Origin: Amphiscolops sp. MND2022
Taxonomy: Eukaryota
DNA: 64,000 nt
Reading direction: 5' to 3'
Assembly: GCA_964187785.1 (NCBI GenBank)
Contig: OZ076409.1
Coordinates: 19,158,001-19,222,000 of the forward strand
Shown: positions 1 to 9,965 of the stretch, piece after piece
How positions within the stretch are numbered: position 1 is the stretch's first letter
Layout: each line of letters starts with the position of its first letter
Notes under the pieces: generated by a model
Database searches by the model: none
Told to the model about the DNA's origin: nothing
The model's input: only the letters and a program-made list of their open reading frames with translations
Translations under genes and position numbers: made by a program

Positions 1-1098
1 TTGGCCGTATTGGGCCTAATAACATGAGGTGCTTCACACTGCTGCAAAGCTAATTTAGGTCACGTGGTGGCACGTGCCAGAAAGGAATGTATGCAATGTT
101 ATTTATATTCATGATGAGTACTAGTTCCTTTGATAGACGGAAATTTCATTTGATGCGCTAGTAAATATTTTGATGCCGCCTTTGATGAATGAATAGTTGT
201 GATTGTAAAATGTTAGGAATTTTCCCAATCGGGACATCACCCTAAAATAGTTGCTTTGAAGTATTAATACCCGATGCCGTAATGATATTTGTCACATGAC
301 CTGTTGAGGACATAACCACATGATATTATCTTGATCAAAGAATCCGTGGAATGCAAGTGTCATCTTTCAGGAGTATATATAGTCACTTTCCTGCAAAGGG
401 AGACACAATTTCCATAACCTTGCTTTGATAAAGATTGATTTATTACAACGACGTTTGTCAGTTTTCCGGTTTTAATAATTGAATTATTCAACCCGGTTCA
501 GTTTCAATGCCTACCACAAGGAAACAAAAGAAAGCGAGAAAATCAAGAGAGGCAGAAATGTTGTCAGATATTGAGAATTTAGACATAATGCTTGGAGGAA
601 ATCATTATAATAGAAATGAAAGAAGTGAGAGTCTAAATAGCAACCAGGCCAGAAGACCTGGTAGTCCTTTTGGCGACGAATTTGAAAATGAGGATGAAAA
701 TAGGTTATCTAACTCTGAGAACAATGGACTTAGTCCAAATGCCGAACCAGGCCAGAACTCAGCTAGAGGTAGTTCTAACGCCGAGATCAACAGATTGTCG
801 AGTGAGTTGAATTCCCGTATATCTCGGGAGATGGATGAGATGATGAACAGCGTCAGTGTGCAGATTCAAAGAGCTATAAGTGAGGCAATTAGTAATCAAG
901 TTCTTCCCCAGATTCAAAATGCCCTTATGGCCGATTCCGGACACATGACCAAAGAGAGATGGAACGTTCCGTCTGAGAGACCGGAAGGATATTCTGAAGT
1001 TCTGCGTAATTCAGACTCTAGAAACAATTCGAAGAGTAAGGCACATGGTGACCGTCAGAAAGACGGATTCACATCCTCAGATACTCGTGCTTACGACA
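1..1098 (+). mobile_element. Solo-LTR-like unit (~1.1 kb) carrying an ORF; 5' end at or just beyond the window edge
   Basis: Homologous to 4493-5571 from the first bases (ttggcc..ggccta vs tcggcc..ggccta) through the ORF. Similarity in both copies stops at ...GACA (1098 and 5571), like an LTR CA terminus. LTR identity is inferred; no PBS or pol follows. Confidence 0.5.
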
Positions 1099-1106
1099 TT
1101 CCTTGA
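507..1106 (+). CDS. 199-aa ORF inside the LTR-like unit, probably the N-terminal leader of a retroelement gag; last residues come from flanking DNA
   Basis: Open frame with predicted coiled-coil segment AEINRLSSELNSRISREMDEMMN, which is conserved in the second copy (5247-5591). No recognisable Pfam motif by eye. Confidence 0.5.
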   Translation: MPTTRKQKKARKSREAEMLSDIENLDIMLGGNHYNRNERSESLNSNQARRPGSPFGDEFENEDENRLSNSENNGLSPNAEPGQNSARGSSNAEINRLSSELNSRISREMDEMMNSVSVQIQRAISEAISNQVLPQIQNALMADSGHMTKERWNVPSERPEGYSEVLRNSDSRNNSKSKAHGDRQKDGFTSSDTRAYDIP

Positions 1107-1566
1107 ATGTTTTTGATCCTTAGAAATGGCGCCGACTTGGAACGTTCCCAAAGCTTCACATTGAAATGTCAACTGTTTTGTTCAGTTTGTTCAACTTCGG
1201 TACTGGATTGATATTATCGTGGGGCAAGTCTGAACTGCACCTAGCAAGCAATTTACAAAGCTAAACGGTAACAAATGGTCCTTCCTCCACTTTTCGAGGT
1301 TTGATGGCAGTGTGCGATTTTCGTTTCGAAATCTTAAATTTCACCGAATCGCCCCCTTTTGTTTTTTCTCAGTTAAAGAAAAACATTTGTCAACTCCAAG
1401 TTTTTTTAGAGAGTAGCGCTTTGCGCATTCTCAGCTTTAGGCGGGCGCCGACTTTGGCAGTTCTTATTATAAAACATGTCGCATTTTGAGCACATTGAGG
1501 TAAATACGTATGGTTACACTCAACTAAACTTCAAAAGTAAGCTCATCAATTTGACGCAGTAGTCAA

Positions 1567-1640
1567 GGGAGCATGGGGCAGTGGTTAGAGCATTTGGCCT
1601 GTACTGGGGGGGTATCAGGTTCAAATCTCTCTCAACTCAC
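1567..1640 (+). pseudogene. Degenerate tRNA-like module
   Basis: A-box-like TGGGGCAGTGG and B-box-like GGTTCAAATC at tRNA spacing; stems do not pair. Confidence 0.35.
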
Positions 1641-2131
1641 CATTGTTGGGCCTTAAGCAAGTCCTTCATCCCTAGCTTAGTGGCATGGTCAGTGACAAAA
1701 ATAAAGCATTTGGCAGAGAAAAGCAAAATGAAAAAGCTACGGTTAGCAGCCAGATCTTTGTGGCCTTGAGCAAGTCACTCTGAAACCACAGCTTCAAGTC
1801 CACCATTACTTGACCATTTGACTGCAAATATGGTACCATAGTTTGCGAAAGGACGCCGACTCAGAAAAGCAGAGCTTCTTATTCGGTGCCCACCCCGTGG
1901 AATTGGTTGAAATTATTTAACTTTCTTCAATTAGCAACAATTCTTCAATTAGCTCAAGTTCTTCAATTCTTGTTCTGATAATATTCGATACTTGCGGCGT
2001 AAATTGTGAATAACCATTTACGCAATGCTTGAAAATGAAGGTGAATGGGTCTGCCTGATATCTTCACCTGTTTTTCCTCAAAATCAAAAGTCACGACACT
2101 TCAGTTTTGACATTTGTGTATAACAATTCAG

Positions 2132-2651
2132 GAAGTTCTGGAATATGACGACATGGTCAACAAAGAACTGGGAATCAACTTGCAAAGAGACGATATTGAA
2201 GTGGGCAGGGCCTGTTTCGGCAACGAGGACGATTCTATCACTGCCACGAGTATTGCAACATCACAGAACAAGACAACTCAAGACCCATCTCAGTCTCAGT
2301 TTTCCATGGGTCGATCAGATCCTCCACTGGTGCCGGACCCTGGAGAGAAGAGCATGGGGGATGCAACAGCAACAGCATCCAAAATAGATGTAGAAACCAT
2401 ACCGGAAGAAGGAGAGAAGCCGGAAGAAAAACAAGGTGCAAAGCCAGATGACAATCCAGGTGAAAAACCAGATGAGAAGCCAGATGAGAAACCAGATGAG
2501 AAGCCAGATGAGAAACCGGAGGAGAAACCGGAGGAGAAACCAGATGAGAAACCAGATGAGAAACCGGAGGAGAAACCAGATGAGAAGCCAGATGAGAAGC
2601 CAGATGAGAAGCCAGATGGGAAGCCAGATGAAAAGCCAGATGAAAAGTCAG
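2132..2651 (+). CDS. Probable internal exon encoding an acidic low-complexity protein segment with KP(D/E)E repeats
   Basis: Acceptor ttcag (2127-2131), donor G|gttaac at 2652, open frame EVLEYDDMVNKELG...KSG. Flanking exons not identified. Confidence 0.5.
2441..2647 (+). repeat. 12-bp coding minisatellite, consensus AA(A/G)CCAGATGAG = KPDE
   Basis: 15 consecutive KP(D/E)(E/G) units preceded by the variants KPDD and NPGE. Confidence 0.95.
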
Positions 2652-2699
2652 GTTAACTTATTATCACATGTAACTACTAAACAAATTTTGACTCAAATT

Positions 2700-3847
2700 T
2701 AACTCTACATGGATATCTATCTCCCATTTTGGATGTATCGCAAAAACAACGCTCCGGAAAAGTCCCGGAAAATTATCCCACAGCGAAGCTGTTTTCAGTA
2801 TATCATTTCAACTTTTATATTCAAATTTTTAAAACAGCCACTCAATTCAGAACCAAAAGTAGCTTTAATTTTGCCAGGGAATCGGCTGAAAAATGACACA
2901 GAAGCCAAACCAGGTGATGACTCTGGAAACTCTGGAAACTCTGGTATATACAAAGGGGCAGAAACACTCAACACTGATGTGAAGTACAAGGATCGTGGAT
3001 CCAGTTTGGCACCAAGCGAAGTCGATTCCTTCATGACTCCCAGTGAAAACATGCCGTCTAAAGAAGAGAGGATGCGGTCGAAAGCCGAAAGTGCGACGGC
3101 TTCATGAGTAGGCTTCGGACTACGTTATACAATTTTTCTTTTTGATTCTCATTCAATACTGATTTCACCTTGCCACACTTGACTTTACAAGACAAAAAAA
3201 TTGATTCTTGTCTAAGCTCAGTTTTGAATCGACCAATTGAAAGCAAATGCAATCTCGAGTGTGGAATCCTCCCAAGGTAGTCTCTCTCCTAGTATCAAGT
3301 ATACTTTTGTGGAATGTTTTCAGAACAAAAATGCAACAAACAAATTATATGACTTTCGCATAGTTTTCATAGGTAGGGAATTAAGATACATGTGCAGAAG
3401 ATTGTCGCAAAAAAGTGAAACTTGCATCTTCAAATTACGTTACTGAAATCCAAAACCGTAGACAAAAGTTCAATTTTATTAAAAAGGCTATATTTAGAGA
3501 GAATCACAGTTGGACTTTAATGAATATCAGAATAGGTACAAAATTACCACAAATTACGACAAATCGAAAACCCGAAAGACTTACCTATCTAGCAGCTTGA
3601 GGAAATATGCTGCCTAAAAGCTTCCTCAATGCGTTTCAGGCCACGGACCATTGAAGAAACCACGAACTCCAAAAACCGAATCCGAATTTTTCAGACTTGT
3701 CCGTTTAAAGATTCTTTTGATTAGACCATGCAGATCCCATTAGTAGGAAATTTTTTGAAACTGCATGTCGCAGGCTGCCGCCTGTGACGGCACTAAGACA
3801 ACTACATCGGCAAGTGGACAAGACGTAGCACCTGGTACGTTACCCAT
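2700..3847 (-). pseudogene. Decayed coding remnant of unknown family
   Basis: Minus-strand pieces read as protein: MGNVPGATSCPLADVVVLVPSQAAACDMQF..., ...YLILGERLPWEDSTLEIAF..., ...HEAVALSAFDRILSSLDG...VEMIY*KQ...GR*ISM. Several stops sit where Trp is plausible, and there are frameshifts. Confidence 0.3.
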
Positions 3848-4492
3848 CTAGTAGAAACTAAAAACTCCATGAACTTTTATGTTGTTTTCATATTTACTTA
3901 CAATATTTTTTGTAAATTAAACGGACAGAAGGCTTTATCGGGAACTATTCCCACATTTCAGTGTTAAGACAAACATTTCGTAGATGGAAATCCTGAATTA
4001 TTTAGATTTCCTAGTTTAATTGTTTTGTATTAGTCTGTTAACATGGATCTGCTATTCAATTTGCTGTAACAATAAAATCAATGCAAAGCTAAACGAAATT
4101 AACTGCAAAGCGGTAAGGAAACGAGTTCCAATGAGTTTCCGTACCTTTGCGGCAATGTCACTTGCTTATAAATTCTAGCCAATCAGAGGCTTGCATCGTT
4201 GTGCTGTATTCTAACTATCTGCCGGTTACGGCCACTTGACTAGAGATTAAAGGACCACTAGTGCTGTTTAGGCAAATAGCCGAGTCCGGCCAATTAAAGT
4301 ACTATGCTTACAAAATACTGCTAGTTAGTACAACCGACAAGTGAAGTGAATGATTTTAGGCTGATGGCTTTTATTGTATGAGAAAGACTATTACTGATGC
4401 TTTAAAGTGATAATTGTTGGTTCATTATATTAATACCAAATAACCGTCTTCGGTCCTCTACCAAATTTTGATTAATACATGAAATTTGAGTA

Positions 4493-5571
4493 CGTCGGCC
4501 TTAGTAGGCCTATTTAGTAATTTTACCACTCATGTAAATTGTCCCATTTATATCATATTTATTATCTCACGTGCCCCTTCGTGCTAAATACCATTGTCAC
4601 GTGCCTAAGATATGTGCAACTAAGCAATGTGATAATGAATTGTTGTTGGTTATGGAATGCTAATCAGGAACGTTGATTATTTTACCTGTTGAGTGTTTTG
4701 TTTAAGTTGATGCTTTGAAATGATGAATATTTTGTTCGCCGTAATGGTGGCGTTCACCTCGTGACCCGTCAGGGTCACGACCATGTGATGTTTTCTTGAT
4801 CAAAAATCTGAGGAATGTGTGTGTCACCTTCTCAGGGGTATATATACCCGTGCCCCTGTCGGAGAAGTCACTAATTTTCCAATCGCTACTTTGATGAAGA
4901 CTGATTTGATAAAAAACAGTTCTCTGTTAGTTTTCCGATTCTATAAATAATTCAATATTTATACTCGGACTTTCTCCAATGCCAACCACCAAAAATCAAA
5001 AAAAGACTAGAAAGTCCAGAGGACTTGAGATGTTATCAGACATTTAAAATCTAGATATAATGCTAGGTGAAAATAATTTCAAAGAGACTGAAAGGGAAGA
5101 GAGTTTAGATTTTAGATAGTAACACCATGAGGAGACGTGAGAGTGTTGTAAGCAACAATCTTGAAAATGAAGGCGAAAGTTAATATTCTGATCATAGAAA
5201 TGCTAACGTCAGGACAAATGCCGATTACGGCTAGAACTCAGCCGATATGAGTTCTCAAGCTGAGATCAATAGGCTGTCAAGTGAACTGAACTCTAGAATA
5301 TCTAGAGAGATGGACGAGATGATGAACAACGTCAGTTCTCAGATCCAAAGGGCCATAAATGACGCCATAAGTAATCAAGTCCTACCCCAAGTTCAAAATG
5401 TCATCATGGCCGGATCAGGACGTGTGACTAGAGAAGGATGGGACATTCCAGCCGAGAGACCGGAAACCAATCCCGCAGTTCAGCGAATCCTGAATGCGAG
5501 AAACAATCTAAGAAGTGGACAAGACGATGGTCACCAAAATGGTTATTTACCTAGTCATAATGTTCATGACA
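4493..5571 (+). mobile_element. Second, diverged solo-LTR-like unit related to 1-1098
   Basis: Shared blocks upstream of the ORF (cttgatcaaa..aatc.g.ggaatg; tatatata) and a homologous ORF; ends ...CATGACA at 5571. No matching TSD found. Confidence 0.5.
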
Positions 5572-5591
5572 CTGCAACAGCTATCCATTGA
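4979..5591 (+). pseudogene. Disrupted paralogue of ORF 507-1106
   Basis: ATG at 4979 gives MPTTKNQKKTRKSRGLEMLSDI*NLDIMLG (stop where the paralogue has E), then further disruptions. The distal part is the 5247-5591 ORF (AEINRLSSELNSRISREMDEMM). Confidence 0.75.
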
Positions 5592-6118
5592 AATATCGTC
5601 GGCTAACAACCATCTCTAGCCATGCATGGAAACCCTTTGGACCACAGTAAGGAATCATTCGGTTCTCAGTGCCTTTTGATTGGCAGGACATCAAAAGTCA
5701 GTCGTCAAATCAAAATGATTCAAAATGTGTTCAACTAAATGAATGATCTATTATACAAAATGCCCGCTGAGCACCAAAATGTTTTAGGTTCTCAATCGTT
5801 TTAGCAGAATTTTGAAGGATCGATCTTCGCTGATAAACCCATGCCAACGAAAACGTTCTGTACTTTGCATGAGATGTTTTTTCTTTCAATAACATACTTT
5901 TTGAGAGTTTTTGATTCACTCCAGGCACACAAAATTCTTGCTACATTTAGAAGTGAGCCAACTAGTTCCATGTTGTTTTGTTGAACCCTTTGGATATGCA
6001 TACTCACGAAAACCATCAGAAATTTAACCTACCACGCGCTAGATTCTACCGTCCCAGAATCCTCCCTACTAAGTAACTTACAGCTGAAAGGTAGGTTTGC
6101 AAAAAAACTCGAAGAGAA

Positions 6119-6460
6119 GACAAGCCGAGGACGACATGAGTCGGCGCCATATCTATCTTGAAAATAGCACTAGGACTTCAAAGTGTCAAGTATTCTCTTT
6201 TACAGTACCCGAAAAACGCTGGACCGAAATGGCGCGCTAAAAGGGGGAACCCTTTGGGATTTGTCAACATTTCTGTCGCAAAACATCTACAAAATTTAAT
6301 GGAGGACCCTTTGAAGTCATTAAAATATTTCGAAAAAAGTCTAGTCTCACAATGCAGAAAAAAACTGAAAGCGTGGACCCTTAGGGATTTTATGATATTT
6401 CTATCGCAAAACAACAAAAAAATGAAGGGGGACTCTTTGGTGAAAAAAGTTTTTATGGGA
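6119..6460 (-). mobile_element. DINE-1/Helentron-like (HINE) element, 3' part, reverse orientation; distal boundary approximate
   Basis: acaagccgaggacgacatgagtcggcgccatatct is the reverse complement of the family 3' end; family core motifs (ggaccct, gggactct) follow. Confidence 0.6.
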
Positions 6461-7783
6461 CAATATATTAATTCAATGTTTCAGAGTTCTAATTCAATAA
6501 ATCTTTCAAATTTTCAAAAAAAATGATTTGAAAGCGTCAAAAATGTCTTCCAACTTTTTGGTTATTCTGGGGTAATTTTACGGCTCTTTTCGAACATGAA
6601 ACTAAAATGGATGTTCAAAAAGTCTGCCCATTTCTGCGTTTCTTCACAGTTGAATGTTTTCAATCTTCTAATATACGAAATGTCCCACAAAAACCTTTTC
6701 TCGGGAAAGTTTTGGATTTTCGACTCATTTGGGTCCTTCTGCTATAATGTTCTACCTAGAAAACTGCAAAGTGTTCCTTCAAAAGACGTACTGCAAAGCT
6801 TGATAAATCGTCTCTGGCTTTAGGACCATCTATATCACGAAAAGTTTTGCAAACAATCACTAAAATCTCTAAAAATTTTTTGACATTTCATGCTTTTTTA
6901 AATTCATATTGACACAGTTTCCTAACACAAATCTGCAAATACCTCCCACAAAAGCCGACTGGATATCAACTGCTATTGTTGTTGAACCATTCTCTTTTTC
7001 TAACCCTCGAAACGTGTCGAAAATATCACAGCACCAAAACAATTTTTATATTTTTCCACTTTCCGACACACTTATGTAGTTACGAAGAATTTCTGATGTG
7101 AAACAATGAAATTTTCTCATCAAAAAGGGAAACTACATACCTGTTTTGTTCGATTATGATAGTTTTTTTTGAACCTGCTAACTCACAAAATTTCTCGAAA
7201 ATTGTACTCAAATATCATTAAGAAGATACAAAAACTGGAAAGTTTTGGACTTTTCGACATATTTCGTGTCAAATTAAACCACATTTTATCTGAAACCGGC
7301 TTTTATCCCTTCAAAAAGCCTACTGGACAACGGATTCAGTTGTTGTTGCTGAACATTTTCAGAGTTCTAATTCGTGAAAACGCAGAACAAAAACTGCGTT
7401 GGATATTCAAAAATTGTTTTTCAAAAATGTGGAGTTTTTGACTATTGTGGGGTTATTGTGACATTTTCCTTACAGAACTGCATTTACTACCCAAAGCAAC
7501 GCTCTTGGAAAGCGAATTCAAACGACTCACGAAATTATTGAAAATTTGGAAAAAATTGCATGAGAACAAGAGAAATTTGTATAATTTATTTTTGTCAGTT
7601 TTGGTCGCAATTTGAGCTTTTTTCATCCAAAAACTGCGTTTAATTTCTAACAAAAGCATCCCGGACAACGAGGTCTTTCCTTGTATAGCGTCTTAAACAT
7701 TCTAAGCCACCAAGTCGTGCATTAAAATTGCATGAAAACTTTACAAATGTGATTTTTTTCATTTTCGGTCTGAATTTGAGGCA

Positions 7784-8126
7784 TTTTTAGTCGGCGCTTT
7801 TCTTAAGAAAAGAGTCGACAATAGTCATGGCTTTTCGTCAGTGTTTTTTTAAAGACCAAAAAAAACCTGAACTGACCAAAATAGTTCTACCAAAAGCTAC
7901 AAAATTTACAGAAGACGCCAAAATGTAGCTGGTGGCCCAAGGAACTGAACCAAAAAGGTTTCCCGCGTAACATACAATACCGGACGAGACCAAAGGGTCC
8001 TCCCTTTCAGGGTCCTTTCGGCATTGTGGGACTTTTTTCGAAAAAAAAATTCTTGGAAATTTGAAGTACTTTTGCTATTTTTGAGCCTTGGATATTGCGC
8101 CGACTTGGGCCGTTCCCGGCTTGTTT
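7784..8126 (+). mobile_element. Complete DINE-1/Helentron-like (HINE) non-autonomous element
   Basis: 5' TTTTT-AGTCGGCGC-TTTTCTTAAGAAAAG palindrome; 3' GCGCCGACT + GCCG-TTCC-CGGC stem-loop + TTGTTT; no TSD. Confidence 0.7.
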
Positions 8127-9965
8127 CAAAACAAATTGTATTTATTTGCATTCAAAAAAGTCTCTTGCATAAAAACGTTAAAAGTCCGAAAAATTTGCAG
8201 TTTTAACTATTTTCGGAGTCATTTTTGGGTCATTCTGAGATCTTTGGGGTCAACCAAAAAAATACAAAAACCTCTACAAATACATGCTGCTTGATACTAA
8301 GTTTACGTCAGTTGAATTCGATGGGTAAAACCCTTCAGCTTGGATATAAATTTGGTGCTTAGCAAATTTTGTAAAAAAACCTTTTGATTTAAATATTTTC
8401 CTTTTCCATATGAAATATGGACGGAAAATAAGAAATGCGGAATAATTTACAACGTGATTACTGAATTATATTGGGTATTACAAGGATGAAAGAAAGCTTT
8501 ACAGTGATTTTAGGCCTTATTCCACCAGAATACAGTGATTTTAGACGAACAGTGATCCTCCAAATCTTGGCCATTTTCATCAAGAAATAATGACAATCTA
8601 ATCCAAAATTCAGTGAAACCTTAGGTATCCAGCGGCTTCAGGAAAAATTCAAAGTACAGAAAAAGATTAAGTGATCTCTGAAGCTATTGAATACATTCCC
8701 AGGTATCCCAACCAATCGCAGTCCACCCGTGATCACCGATGCTCAACTGAATTTCCACCTATGGTCTACCAAGGTGGCATCTGCAGCTTTTAGTGTAGTT
8801 TTTACGCTAATCAAACAGCTTGAGGATGAAATTTTAGATTTGCAATATCAATTTTGGTTTCATCACTGATTCAACTTTCATTTTGATAAATTAACGACTT
8901 CTTATATTGTAAACTTTTGCATGAAATGCTTGTCTCGCTACCATCGTCCAATTCTCATCTTTTGCATGCAAAATAGTTTACTTTGAAACCAAACAAATAT
9001 ATTGCTCTAAGCATGGTGACGCCTAAAACATTTCTCTTCATATCGACTATTTCTTTTTTGTTCGCAATCAAGTAATGTCTAGTTTTCAAGTAAGAAAATT
9101 CGCTACGAAATAGTGTTTCTGGTGTCATGCAATTTTCATGTTACTAAACAATCAAACTGAGATCAATTTCCACATTTTGGCTCGAAATTATTTCACATGA
9201 AATGCTGCGCTGTCGATTTAGGTCTTTAAATTGTCTCACAAATTTCAAGAAGTTGAATAAAGTTCTTTCAAGCCTCGTTAAGGAAAATATTGGCGTTACC
9301 ACATGCAAGTCAACTGTATTATCTATTTGCAAAATCCACAGCCTTTAAAATGAAAACACGGAGACAGTGGAAGCGAATATGTAAATACAACTGTTGAATA
9401 ACTGCGATGGTCAACGTGTGTTGAGGAGAATTCCTTTCTTTCTATTTGGTCTGCTGTTTTTTTCAGCTCTGGTTCTTTGGCCGCGTTGGAAGCTGCATTC
9501 CAGCGCATTGTTGGAAATACAATATGTTCGACTTGCAGTGAAAGCTAGAAAAGCCAGCATATTGGCACGCTCGTTCATTTTTTTCATCTTTTTTCCAAGA
9601 CTCTTTCAAAATGTTCAGTGAGCGATGAACTAAATTGAAAAATGCCAAAATGGCCTGAATGGGACGTGGAAAACGGGAACAAAACGTGAACAAATGGAAA
9701 AAATTATTCCTCCCCTTTTGCAAGCTTTGGCCAGATCGATTCTGCTGTTTCTCAAAATTCAGAGCCAGGCTAAATTGTCAATATTCTCTGTTACTGACTG
9801 CACTGAAATCTGTAATCTGATTTAACTGGCGTTAAAATCGATTGCGCTGCAAACATCCATGATTGTGCAAGAAACATTCATGATTGCGCAAGAAACATTC
9901 ATATGGGTTCATTTCATTCGTGACTTCACAGAAATCGATCACGTCATATAAGTATCGATTACGTA

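Noticed and set aside
2441-2647. Regular short repeats as a CRISPR array
   Set aside because: Contiguous 12-bp coding units with no unique spacers, no cas genes, and a eukaryotic context.
2145-2702. Alternative-frame ORFs 2145-2387, 2238-2441 and 2436-2702
   Set aside because: Shadows of the KPDE exon; the minisatellite keeps other frames open.
2709-3107. 132-aa plus-strand ORF as an independent gene
   Set aside because: Probably the antisense register of the decayed minus-strand gene; kept only as a possible exon candidate.
6158-8294. Many 60-120-aa K/F-rich ORFs
   Set aside because: Translations of AT-rich repeats (AAA/TTT codons) with no domain signatures.
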